From Octopus vulgaris (Eukaryota), in contig OX597828.1 in assembly GCA_951406725.2 (NCBI GenBank), forward strand, positions 69,564,001-69,628,000: DNA of 64,000 nt. Reading direction: 5' to 3'. Both the position numbers and the translations under genes were made by a program. Of the stretch, positions 29,496-42,872 are shown one piece after another. The notes beneath the pieces were generated by a model, which saw only the letters and a list, made by a program, of their open reading frames with translations, did no database searches and was not told the origin of the DNA. Position 1 is the first letter of the stretch, and each line of letters opens with the position of its first letter.

Positions 29496-30619
29496 CTCCT
29501 GGACTTGGGGGGGGGGGCAGTCACCTGGTTTCCATGACTCATGATTGACCAAGATCACAACATTTTCCCTGAACGGGACGACTGTCTGTCACCCATCTAC
29601 AGCTGGGCGGAAGGGATCAGTGTGAAATGAAGTGTTTTGCTCAAGAATACAATGCACTGCTCAGTCTGGGAATTGAAACCATGGTCTTGTGATCATGAAT
29701 ACAGCACCCTAACCACTAGGCCATGCATCTCTCCCCCAGCACATTGGTCCTCAGGAATTCCCTCTCCACATCAGAGCTTTGCTTTTGCAGGCATCGACTT
29801 AGAAAGGTTCAAGAGGAGGAAAAGTTAAGGGCATCAGTCTCACCGTTTTAGGAGAGCTTGTGACAGCCATGGGTACTGCCCCTTCCTCCAGACAGACCCA
29901 ACAGGTAAAACACACACAGACATACACACATGCAGGTGCCCATGCAAGCGCACATGTGAAGTGCCACCAACACCATCACCACCACCACCATGCCACCATT
30001 ACCATGGTGGTGGTGGTGGTGGTAGTGGAGGTGGTCATAGAATTATTGACACTTTTCTTATCTTCACTTCTGGAATAGTTCAGCTCTGATCTCCCCCCCC
30101 CCCGCTCCCCTTTCCCCTCTCCTTCCCCTCCCCCCCGCTTCCCCACTTCCTCCACTGACCTCTATTTTGCCTTTAGATCTTATTGTCTCATCCAACAGGT
30201 TCATTGTGAAATCGGCACCCCTCCCCCACTCGCATGCCCCTTTTCTACCCCCCCCCCACTAATATTATTATCAGTTTGTTCTGCAACACCAGCGACCTCC
30301 CCCTCTCCTCCACCACTTCAGGAGAGTGGAAGTGGAGTGGGGAGGGGAGGGGGAGCTGCTATTGAACCACAATACTATTGTCAACATATCTCTGGTCTCT
30401 ACCACCACCACCACTACCATTTCTACTACCATAATATCCCTACCACCACCACCACCACCAACATCATCAAGATCAGCATCATCACTATTACCAGCATTGC
30501 CACCACCACCACCACTACCTCCCCACACCTCCACCAACACCACTTTACTCTTTATATAAGTTTTTCAAGTGTTGTTTATCTTCCTATATCCTTCCCCTTA
30601 TCTCATTTTAACCATCACC

Positions 30620-30653
<34 letters not shown>

Positions 30654-31288
30654 TCATTATCATCATGAACACCATCCCAATGCAACCTTAAAAAAAGAAA
30701 TAGCTCCAATCACATCCGATTATACTTAAAAGAGGAAGGACACGTGGGAAAATGACCTCTCTTGTATAACAAACTGACTCAAAAAAAACTCGAGATGGGA
30801 TTGTCATGGCTGGAAAGTCTCTGAACATATTAAAGCCAATTGTTTTCTTTTCTGTTTTTTTTTTTCTCTTTTGCTAATTACGTAATTACTTCTTAATCAG
30901 AGGTGGAAGAGTTAGTGTTATTACCCATTTCAGGCTCTCTGACCCTGGTGGAAGACAGAGAGAGAATGGCCCACAGTTTAGAGACCTTCCTTGAATTCAT
31001 GAAATAACAAACTGCCCTCTGCTAAAGGTAACCAGCTGTCACATTATGGAGTAGGATGTTAAAGTGGGTAACAACCCAGCTATTATCACCTTCTCTCTTA
31101 AAATGTGAGAACAGTGATAGCTTCCAGTATGAGTTCAATTCATTCCATGACCGAGCTCATCTTACGATTTACTCATTTTACAAATCAATTTTGCCCCCAC
31201 TGAAATTAACTAAAATATAATTAATCCATTCCAGACCCCCACCACAAACCACTCAAAAATAATTTTGTAGGGGTTTTAAAACAGAAAA

Positions 31289-31703
31289 CTCTTTACTCTT
31301 TTACTCTTTTACTTGTTTCAGTCATTTGACTGCGGCCATGCTGGAGCACTGCCTTTAGTCGAGCAACTCGAACCCGGGACTTATTCTTTTTCTAAGCCCA
31401 GTACTTATTCTATCGATCTCTTTTTGCCGAACCTCTAAGTGACGGGGACATAAACACACCAGCATCGGTTGTCAAGCAATGCTAGAGGAACAAACACACA
31501 CACACAAACACACACACATACATATATATATACATATATACGACAGGCTTCTTTCAGTTTCCGTCTACCAAATCCACTCACAAGGCATTGGTCAGCCTGG
31601 GGCCATAGCAGAAGACACTTGCCCAAGATGCCACGCAGTGGGACTGAACCTGGAACCATGTGGTTGGTTAGCAAGCTACTTACCACACAGCCACTCCTGC
31701 GCC
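31289..31703 (-). mobile_element. SINE family B (CORE-type, internal (TG)n), full length
   Basis: Head ggcgcaggagtggctgtgtggtaag, CORE-like cttgggcaagtgtctt, tail (gtaaaaga)n. Other copies at 24280-24630 and 48560-48960, with partials at 7990-8145, 8975-9125 and 9580-9735. Confidence 0.85.
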
Positions 31704-32219
31704 TAAGGTGCAGTTACAAGTAAAATAGCAATTATAAAAAAAAGAGAAAGCAAACGAAATATGTAAACTGGTTATATTAACTGAATTACCTTAAAGATGA
31801 GACGATTTGTGTTCTCGTACTGTGGATTTATGTTTCTACTTCAAGACAAAAATTTACACGAGTCTCGGCTCGTACAGCAAATTACTCGTACAATGGGGCA
31901 CTCGTATTGCAAGGTTCTACTGTTTCTCTTCTTTCAGACTGTAAATCTTCATATCCTCTAATGAAGTTGTCTCCTCTCTGCTGCAGCCCTACTCTGTTAA
32001 AAGGTGCCTTAGTCTTACAAGCTGTATAGGGACCTCATTAGTGAAAAAACGCACCCAGCACACTCTGTAGCATGGTTAGCATTAGAACAGGCATCCAACT
32101 ATAGAAACTATGCCAATGAAGAAAAGGGAACAGGATGCTGTCTTTGAACCCATCCAACTTCTGTCAGCATGGAGGATGGAGATTAAGAGATGAGGATCAC
32201 AGTGATGGTTATTAGAACA

Positions 32220-32426
32220 GCAAAATGGTAGAACTGTTAGCATGCTGGACAGAATGCTTAGAGGCTTTTCATCTGTCTTTATGTTCTGAGTTCAAATTCC
32301 ACTGAGGTCAACTTTGCATTTCATCCTTACAGGGTCAATAAAATAAGTACCAGTTGAGCACTGGGTTTGACGTAATCAGCTTAAGCCCTCCCCAAAATTT
32401 CAGGCCTTGTGCCTAGAGTAGATGGG

Positions 32427-32476
<50 letters not shown>

Positions 32477-32880
32477 GGTGGCGAGCTGGCGGAATTGTTA
32501 ACATGCTAGATGAGAGGCTTACTGGTATTTCTCCCATCGCTACATTCTGAGTTCAAAGTCCACTGAGGTCGACTTTGCTTTTCATCCTTTTGGGGTTGAT
32601 AAATTAAATACCTGTGAAACACTGGGGTCGATGCAATCGACTAGTCCCCTCCTCACAAATTTCAGTCCTTGTGCCCTTAATAAAAAAGATTATTGAAGCT
32701 GGCAGAATTGGGCAAAATGCTTAATAGTATTTTGTCCTGAGTTCAAATTTTAGAAAAGGTCAACTTTGTTTTTTATCCCTCTTGGGGTCAATAGAATAGT
32801 ATCAATTGGACACTGGGGTCAATGTAACCAGCTTATCCCCTGCTCTGAACTTGCCAGCCTTGAGCCAAAACTTGAAAGCA
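32220..32880 (+). mobile_element. Cluster of three family A SINEs separated by (ATT)n
   Basis: Three ctgagttcaaa...tttcatcc...ctggg cores at ~32220, ~32476 and ~32695. Confidence 0.75.
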
Positions 32881-33871
32881 AACCATCATCATCATCAGGC
32901 TGATGGACTGGAAGAATCATCAAAGCATAGAATGGTATGGTTTGGACTGTGGGAGATTTGGCTGCTATTTCTAGCAGATGTCGCAACTGCATAGATTACT
33001 TCCTTGTTATTTGGGGTGTAGCAGGTAGCAGCATTAGAAAAGATAGGAGAGGATACAGTGTGTACTAAGGGGGGAGGGGGGGTTAGAGTAGGGGCCCCAC
33101 CACCCCCACCTCCAATCACCACCGTAAGGCATTGGTGAGAAAAGTTTGGTGTATCTGTTTGATGATGGCCTATTTAAAATCTGAAGGGGGTGTGAAGGGG
33201 GTGGGTGGGAGTTGATGTAGTGTGTGTGTGTGTGTGTGTGTGTGTAGCATGTGGGGGGTGGGGAGATCGAAGAATTCTTCTTGGCTGTTTCTTATCACCA
33301 ACCAGAGACCACCAAAACCACAAACAACAACAAAGACAATCGCTAGAACTCACACCCACCACCACCCACCACCACTACTAGCACCAGCACCACCACCACC
33401 ATGACCAGCAGCCTCAACACTGCTCCCACCAATGACACCACCACCACCATCACCACCATCAACCGGGAGGGGGAGGATCCTCTACCACCACCACCACCAG
33501 ACTCCACAGGCCACTGTCAGAACATCTAGAAATGCACCATTCCTAACCACATCACCACTGCCCCAGCAATCAATAGTAACAACTCAACGACCACCACCAC
33601 AACCACCACCACAACCATCACCATCACCATCACCACCACCATCACTGCAATAATTCCCTGCTAGTTTATCAGACATGCACCAGTTAAAAGAGAGATTAAG
33701 GTCAGCATGAAAGAAAAAGAAGAAGAAGAAGAAGAAGAAGAAGAAGAAGAAGAAGAAGAAGAAGAAGAAGAAGGGGAAGAAGAAGAACAAGAAGAAGAAG
33801 AAGAAGGGGGAGAAGAAGAAGAAGGGGGAGATAATCCATAATGTGTTACATGAATTTTATATATATATATA

Positions 33872-34059
33872 TGAGCCAGGAACTGAAAAGTTCCTGGCTT
33901 TAAGGGTGTCACGAAAGGCCTGGCTGGGGCCCCAACCTTCTGAGTTCTTAGTACAGGGCTTAGAAAAACTGAAGGACCGCTGCAATAAGGGTGTGAATCC
34001 TAATTAACTGATCCTCCTGTATTTCGTTTTACCCAAAGCCAGGAATTTTCTGCCCCCTC
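33872..34059 (+). mobile_element. Mariner-derived MITE, second copy
   Basis: Same TIR and internal sequence as 6962-7146. Confidence 0.7.
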
Positions 34060-34107
34060 CCCACCTGCCACTTGTATGTGTGTGTATGTATGTATAAGTA
34101 TGTGTAC

Positions 34108-34143
<36 letters not shown>

Positions 34144-35049
34144 CTTTCTCTCTCTCTCTCTCTCCACGCACACACATACATGCATATATACATATTCAGA
34201 TAGCATGTTATAGATTTCTTCTCCTCCTTCTTCTTCTTCTTCTTCTTCTTCTTCTTCTTCTTCTTCTTCTTCGTCTTCTTCTTCTTCTTCTTCTTCTCCT
34301 TCTCCTTCTCCTCCTCCTTCTTCTTCTCCTTCTTCTTCTTCTTCTTCTTCTCCTTCTTCTTCTTCTTCTTCTTCTCCTTCTTCTTCTTCTTCTGCTGCTT
34401 CTCCTTCTCCATTTTCTTCTTCTTCTTCTTCTTCTTCTTCTTCTCCTTCTTCTCCTTCTTCTTCTTTTTCTTCTTCTCCTCTTCCTTCTCCTTCTCTGTC
34501 CACCTTACTACACCACACTCTCTATTTGCACTGATTCCATCAACACCAACCTGGAACTGTCAAAGAAATCTCTGTAATTCTCATCTCATTGCCAGTTGGA
34601 ACTAATCAGCTTTGGTGGTTAGTGGTCGGCTGGCTGGCTGGCCGGTGGGTTGGTTGGTTGGCCAGCCAGCCAGCCGGCCAACCAAACAACCAGTCAGTTG
34701 GTTGGCTGGTTGGCTGGTCGGGATGGTTAGCCAGCTGGGCAGTCAGTTGGGTGGCTGGTCAGTCAGCTGGCTGACTGGTCAGTCGATCAGTTGGTTGGCT
34801 CTAATGTTATGGCTGTTCTTATTTAGCCCTGAGTCATTACTGGTTAAGCAGACCTATGATCAAAGCTCGTTCACTCATCATGATCCTTCTTTCAGATATT
34901 CACGGTTACAGCCCCCACTGCCAGTCCCCTTTTTAAAACTGTAAGGTGTGATTTGAAGGAGTTTTGGCTCTTGTATAAAGGTGCAGTCCACTTAGCTGTA
35001 TACAGTTAATTTAGAGGTGATGGTCGTAAATATATATTTATTTATATGA

Positions 35050-35081
<32 letters not shown>

Positions 35082-35244
35082 GTTGTATACGTCAATCTAA
35101 CGTGAACGTGACAGTAGGGGGTTACACCACTGCTATTTAGCCCTAGGAAGCATCAACGCTTCCTGCTGGCTTCGACACATTTTTCCTGTGTCTTTATATA
35201 CATTTATGAAGGGGAGACAAACACCCCCAGCAGCCAGGCCTGCA

Positions 35245-35291
35245 TCTAGAGACACGCATGTTTCAGGATCATTGTCCTTCATCGGTCTAGA
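35245..35291 (-). ncRNA. Type I hammerhead ribozyme (CCGAUGA core variant)
   Basis: Minus strand reads tctaga CCGATGA agga caatga tcct GAAAC atgcgt GTC tctaga. It has a 6-bp stem I, a 4-bp stem II, a near-palindromic stem III and a GUC triplet. Confidence 0.8.
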
Positions 35292-35340
35292 GTAGCAGAT
35301 GCCCGCCAGCTGTTGATATCTGTCCCGATATATATATTCA

Positions 35341-35374
<34 letters not shown>

Positions 35375-36740
35375 TATGGCTTAGATTAGTTATTGTTTTG
35401 CCTGAGCTAATTCCTATTCATATGCTCTGCCTTCCTAAGCAGGCCAGGAATTACGTGTCATCAGTTTGCCCTTGTCTTGACGTCTGTTTCCAATGTGATG
35501 CCCTTCCTACAGAGAGAACTGACAACACTTTATGGTGGCACCAGCACAACACAGACACCATTATGTTCAGCAAGACTAACAAGTCCTCTTTACTCTATGC
35601 TATCTCACTTCTCTCTCTCATTCTCCCTCTCCCCCTCTCTCCTTCCTCTCTCCAATGATGCAAGTACTTTCTCTGGACTCTCTGCTCTACTTTCTTTTTC
35701 TTTTCTCTGGACATTTCCCCCCTCTGATGAAGAGCCATGCTTAAAACATCATTCCCACTCCTATTTTCCCTACCAAAAACTTCTGTTAAGCATTAATCTA
35801 ATATATTTTCCGAGTACTTACAAATAACTTTTGTGTTTTGTTTTGTTCATGGATTTGACTATATATCATCATCATCATCATTTAATGTCCTGTTGTCCAG
35901 AGCTGGCAAGCTGGGGAGCTGCACCAGACTCCAATCTGATTTGGTATGGTTTCTACAGCTGGATGCCCTTCCTGACACCAACCACCAACCACAGAGCGTA
36001 TAGGGTGCTTTTACATGGCACTGCATGAGTGTTATGATGTTTCACCAGCACAGGAATCTTGCAGGCCAATCCTCTTCTCCAGGGGGGGAATGTTCTTGAC
36101 ACTTCTGGTGTGGAGAATGGGTCTTCTTGAGTACAGCAAAGTGCCAGGCATCTTCATCTTTTGTCGTCTCAAGTTCAGCATCCTGAGGTTGCCGGTCAGT
36201 ACTTCATTCCATGTCTTCCTGGGTCATCTGCTTCCATCTACTTTGAGAGATCAGAACCTCTTTCTGGAGATGTTAGCATCCATCTGTATATCTGCGAAGG
36301 ACTGGCATCCTATCCAGGAGGTGAATATATACACTACAGAAACCTGGAAACTGACACTATTAGGATCCTTATCCTTTATACTATCATCATCATCATAATC
36401 ATCGTCATCAACATCCTTTAATGTCCTATTGTCCATGCTGGTATGGGTTGGATGGTTTGACCAGTGCGGGCTCACTGGAAGGCTCCACCAGACTCCAGTC
36501 TGATTTGGCATGATTTCTATGGCTGGATGCTCTTCCCAATACCAACTACTCTGAGAGTGTAATGGGTGCCATTCACGTGACACCTGCATGGGTGCCAGTT
36601 GTATGACACCACTATCTTCTATGACTACCATTTTGCTTGGCTTGATGGTTCTTCTTCTTCTCAAGCACAGAGTATTACCAAAGGTCTTGGTCATCTGTCT
36701 TTGCCTCTGTGATGCCAAACACTCAACAGGTATTTTTTTT

Positions 36741-36940
36741 AGGCAGTGAGCTGGCAGAAACGTTAGCACACCGGGCGAAATGCGCAGCCGTATTTCGTCT
36801 GCCGTTACGTTCTGAGTTCAAATTCTGCCGAGGTCGACTTTGCCTTTCCTCCTTTCGGGGTCGATAGAATCAACTTAATCCATTTGTCTGTCATTGTTTG
36901 TCCCTTCTGTGTTTAGCCCCTTGTGGGCAATAAAGAAATA
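36741..36940 (+). mobile_element. Young family A SINE with TSD-like flanks
   Basis: CpG-rich copy flanked by aggtatttt / aggtacttt. Confidence 0.8.
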
Positions 36941-37294
36941 GGTACTTTTTACCTACTACTTACATGACACTGACCATCTATTTATATGTGCTTGTGTGTG
37001 TGTTCATGCCTTTCAAGAACAGATTTTATTTTTTAACCAAGTTTCATTAATACATAACTGTGTTCAAATTTTATCGTCTGTATTTTAGATTTTTTTCAAT
37101 TATCATTATTTTTTTTTTTCTTACAGTTTGATAGGAATATCATAAAATCCTTAAATACATATTCGATGGTTCCAGTCTTTCACAGATTCATTTCCATTCA
37201 TCATTAAATCTTTTTATTTTGAATTTTATCTGTGACTATCCTTGCTTGAATGAACCAGTACTCTACATAGACATATATACATCGATAATTTAAC

Positions 37295-37327
<33 letters not shown>

Positions 37328-37458
37328 AAGAAAGTCATATAAAACACATATCTATTTATCTTTCTATCTATCTATCTATCTATATCTATATCTATATATA
37401 TATATATATATATATATGTATCTATACATACATATATATATATGTATGTATGTATGTA

Positions 37459-37522
<64 letters not shown>

Positions 37523-37823
37523 ATTTAGGGTATCTAAGAGATACTTGACTCTAAAACCACATTAAATGTTCATACCGCACCTGATGCGGTATGAACCCTA
37601 AATTATAATTATTTTAATAATAATTATTATCTTTGAAGGTTTTTATTCCCATGCTGGCCACTTGATAAGATCGATAATTAAATTAACGATCTTATCCTTA
37701 TTTATATAAATTGATATAATTATATATAATATATATATATATATTCATCTCCTAATATATATGTACACACACATACACATATATGCATCTATAATTTAAG
37801 ATATATATATGTGTGTGTGTGTG

Positions 37824-38826
<1,003 letters not shown>

Positions 38827-38996
38827 TGTGGCTGTGTGGTAAGTAGCTTGCTAACCAACCACATGGTTCCGGGTTCAGTCCCACTGCATGGCATCTTGGG
38901 CAAGTGTCTTCTTCTATAGCCCTGGGCCGACCAATGCCTTGTGAGTGGATTTGGTAGACGGAAACTGAAAGAAGCCTGTCTTATATATATATATAC

Positions 38997-39034
<38 letters not shown>

Positions 39035-39237
39035 TTGTGTGTGTGTGTTTGTCCCCCTAGCATTGCTTCACAACCGATGCTGGTGTGTTTACGTCCTCGT
39101 TACTTAGCGGTTCGGCAAAAGAGACCGATAGAATAAGTACTGGGCTTACAAAGAATAAGTCCTGGGGTCGATTTGCTCGACTAAAGGCGGTGCTCCAGCA
39201 TGGCCGCAGTCCAAATGACTGAAACAAGTAAAAGAGA
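38827..39237 (+). mobile_element. SINE family B abutting Helitron 3' end
   Basis: Near-identical to the reverse complement of 31289-31703. Confidence 0.85.
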
Positions 39238-39244
39238 GAGTATA

Positions 39245-39291
<47 letters not shown>

Positions 39292-39443
39292 AAATGGATG
39301 AATGAATTATCCTTTGTTTACCGTTAACATGGAAAATTCAATAAACAGTTACCAGGGTAGCAAAATTCAATCAAGTAACAAGGCTGTAGTGACCTATTCA
39401 AAGGTAGAAACTCCGGGTTAATGTGCAGTAATTTGTGTAGTAT

Positions 39444-39886
39444 AAGTAAATAAATGGAGTTGAATGCAGATGCTATTCAAAATCTTTAACTTTCGACATA
39501 TGTTTCGAAGACAACGTTGGTTTTATTCCAAAGGAATAAATGGTTTAAAAAAATGCAATCTTCTCATCAGGAAAGAAAGAGAACCTATCTCAACAACAAG
39601 AAATTATAACAATTTTGATGACTGCATAAATGATATACAGAATGCTATTAAGTATTTTAAAAAACTGTTAGTAGCTCCAACGTCAAAGGCAGACCCTAGG
39701 AAGAGGAGGGGTAAAGAAATGATAAGTAGAGAACAAATAAAGGGGAATATATCGGTTGAAAAAATGTTCCTGTGCATTTTTTTACACTGTTTATTCCTTT
39801 GGAATAAAACCAATGTTGTCTTCGAAACATATGTCGAAAGTAAAAGATTTTGAATAGCATCTGCGTTCAACTCCATTTATTTACTT
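39444..39886. mobile_element. Penelope-like element end with inverted partial terminal copy
   Basis: Arms 39444-39557 and 39773-39886 are reverse complements with few mismatches, separated by a ~215 bp spacer. A hammerhead overlaps the left arm. Confidence 0.7.
39490..39575 (-). ncRNA. Type I hammerhead ribozyme, complete core, enlarged stem II
   Basis: Minus strand reads ctttc CTGATGA gaaga [~47 nt incl. hairpin tttattcc/ggaataaa] tcttc GAAAC atat GTC gaaag. Stem I is ctttc/gaaag, stem II is gaaga/tcttc, stem III is the palindrome ACATATGT, and the cleavage triplet is GUC. Confidence 0.85.
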
Positions 39887-39889
39887 CAT

Positions 39890-40330
39890 CATCATCATCA
39901 TCGTTTAACGTCCGCTTTCCATGCTAGCATGGGTTGGACGGTTCAACTGGGGTCTGGCAAGCCCGAAGGCTGCACCAGGCCAGTCAGATCTGGCAGTGTT
40001 TCTACAGCTGGATGCCCTTCCTAATGCCAACCACTCCGAGAGTGTAGTGGGTGATTTTATGTGCCACCGGAACAGGTGCCAGACGAGGCTGGCAGACGGC
40101 CATGCTCGGATGGTGTTTTTTATGTGCCACCGACACAGGTACCAGACGAGGCTGGCAGACGGCCACACTCGGATGGTGTTTTTTATGTGCCACCGACACA
40201 GGTGCCAGACGAGGCTGGCGAACGGCCACGATCGGATGGTGTTTGTTACGTGCCCACAGCACGGAGGCCAGTCGATGCGGTACTGGCTACGGCCACGTTC
40301 GGATGGTTTTCTTATGTGCCACCGGCACTG
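39890..40330 (-). mobile_element. Family C SINE with ~60 bp tandem units
   Basis: Repeats of tgtgccaccgacacaggtgccagacgaggctggcagacggcc...cggatggtg at 40058-40330. Confidence 0.8.
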
Positions 40331-40450
40331 TTACCACAAGGATACAAATTCGATTGATGTTCATAAACACATATCTATCTATCTCTCTATGTATTTATCT
40401 GTCTATCTATCTATATATATATAATTATATGTTCCTATCCTAATATATAT

Positions 40451-40484
<34 letters not shown>

Positions 40485-40879
40485 ACATATATATGTTCTG
40501 AGTGTCTGTTTTATGTTTTCCAGGTTTATAGGAACACTTGCCTCGCCTTCGTTCTAGTTGAGTGTGGTGTGCTCTAGAAGGTAAGTGTTACACTAATTCT
40601 ATTATCATGTTCTATCATCAATGGTGGTGGTGGTGGTGGTGTGTATAAGTGTCTGTGTCTGTGTTTGTGTGTGTGTGTGGAGTGTGAGCTGCTCTCCATG
40701 GGACACTGTTCCTCAAGTTGTACTAGGCCAGTCCTTAAAATTTTGTGTTGTCATTTAGTTAACAGTGACTGACCTCTAAGTGGATTCTATCTCTTGTGAT
40801 CAAATCTGTGTCAGAAACAATAAACACTGAAAGATATGTGTGTGTGTGTGTGTGTGTACAAACGCATAGCATAATCCTA

Positions 40880-41204
40880 TGAACCCGGAAAATTTAAAAC
40901 AGAGGGTTACCTACTTGCAAACAAATGTGGTAACATGTAACAGTATTGACCAAGGTTACCATGGTCTTTTCCGTAGGCTTTTCCTTCCATGGATAAACCT
41001 TATCTGCTTCCCCCTTTGCACTTTACATCATGACACTGTGATACACAAACCCTATTGATCGTTTTTTTTTTTCCTTCTTTCCCTTTTACGATCCCTTTTG
41101 ATCGAAAACCTACCCCACTTTTTTTTTTCTCTCCCCAAAAAAGAAAAGCTCTACTTTGTAATCTGTCCCATCTGTGTGCAGCCCTGTGTGGCTAATAAAG
41201 AAAC
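40880..41204 (+). mobile_element. LINE 3' UTR-like element ending in AATAAAGAAAC
   Basis: Pyrimidine-rich UTR-like sequence. Its terminal 40 nt resemble the tail of SINE family A. Confidence 0.5.
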
Positions 41205-41255
41205 ATTAATACATGATACACACACATACCTTTTGCACCTGCATAATCATGCATT

Positions 41256-41470
41256 TTCATCGAGGATTTATTGCTGCACAAACTCTTTCTTGTTGATTCT
41301 GGTGCTGCTTGCAGAATTTGGCAAGATAAATTTACCAAAAATGAACCTCCTCTTTCTGCAATCAGCTTGCAAACTGTGGCCCACTCGCCTATACAGACGT
41401 ACAATTAAATCCCTCTTTCCTTGGATTTGATCCTGCGAAGAATTTTCAATGGGTTTTCATCATCACCAGA
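41256..41470 (+). pseudogene. Ty3/Gypsy aspartic protease relic
   Basis: Manual translation gives FIEDLLLHKLFLVDSGAACRIW...SLQTVAHSPIQTYN*IPLSLDLILRR, then a frameshift to FQWVFII. DSG is the catalytic motif. Confidence 0.75.
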
Positions 41471-41749
41471 TCATTCTTCACTGCCCTTCACTTCTGCTTT
41501 GACTCGCTCCAGCTTCGCTTCCTGACGGATGTCTTATATATATTTATATACACAGACTGTGTGGTAAGTAGCTTCCTTACCAACCACATGGTTCCGGGTT
41601 CAGTCCCACTGTGGGAACCCTGAAGTAAAGGTTCAAAACAAGTACCGCAAAACATTTTTCAGAGTTTTGATGATTTTACCAATCCACCAACCTAGATGAT
41701 GATGATGATGAGAAGAAGAAGAATACTGGTGATAATAATAATTATAATC

Positions 41750-41985
41750 CTTAAACAAGCCTTATTCAGGGACCTTTTGAGCAGGATGGGTTACTCGACT
41801 TGGGCCCCACCTGCAAGGTCATGCGCTGTTTATCTTGATATAAGAACACCATACCATGCACACATGGTTGAGATGCATGTGCCTGGTGTACCCTTATCAG
41901 ATGGGTAGTCATGATGGGAATACTGGGCTTCATATATTTGTACCCCAGTGTCACTTTGATGGCATGCACTGCTCTCTCACTCAAC
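41750..41985 (+). mobile_element. Interspersed retroelement 3' tail ending in (AAC/AAT)n
   Basis: Complex sequence bounded by AAT/AAC repeats and ending ctctctcactc-(aac)n. Family not identified. Confidence 0.4.
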
Positions 41986-42487
41986 AACAACAACAACTAC
42001 AACAACAACAACAACAACAACAACAATAATAATAATAATAATAATAATATTAATGGTTTAAAATTTTAGCACATGGTCAGAAATTTTTTAGGGGTTGTGG
42101 CAGGCCAATTACATCAACCCCAGTGCTCAACTGGTACTTGTTTTATCAACCCTGAAAGGATGAAAGCCAAAGTCTAAGGTCAATGTAATCAACTGGTCCC
42201 TTCCCCACCAAATTTCAGGCCTTGTGCCTATAGTAGAAAGGATTATTATTATTATCATCATTATTATTACTAAAATTATGAGCTGGCAGAATCGTTAGAA
42301 CATCAGGCAAAATGCTTAGTAGTATCTCATCCGTTGTTATGGTCTAAGTTCAAATTCTGCTACGGTCAACTTTGCCTTTCATCCTTTTGGGGGTCGATAA
42401 ATTAAGTACCAGCAAAACACTTGGGTGGATGTAATCACCGAATTTCAGGCCTTGTGCCTTAAGTAGAAAGGATTATTATTATTATTA

Positions 42488-42536
<49 letters not shown>

Positions 42537-42540
42537 TACT

Positions 42541-42751
42541 CTATGTTTGACTTTTGCTTTACATTCACACAAGCTGGCTCCAAGTCTCACCCAGAGACCT
42601 CAAGAGACAAGTTGGAAGTTCATGTTGGTGTTATGCCTAGGGTGCCATATATTTGGTTTTGTACTTAGTGTTGTACTAGTGAATGTCTAAAAAACCATAC
42701 GAAAATTATGTTTGTTTTAAAACTTGAGATTACATAGAAAGTATTTGCGTA
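42541..42751 (-). mobile_element. Second R4/Dong 3' UTR copy, opposite strand
   Basis: Reverse complement of ~47911-48122, retaining the ATG TAA stop and flanked by (ATT)n. Confidence 0.75.
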
Positions 42752-42761
42752 ATTATTATTA

Positions 42762-42872
<111 letters not shown>

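Noticed and set aside
34000-34577. Poly-Glu/Lys/Leu ORFs
   Set aside because: An (AAG/AGG)n microsatellite that is open in several frames.
35115-35195. Pistol- or HDV-like ribozyme call for the ggctaaatag module
   Set aside because: The required pseudoknot pairings could not be built by eye, so it is kept only as an unexplained structured module.
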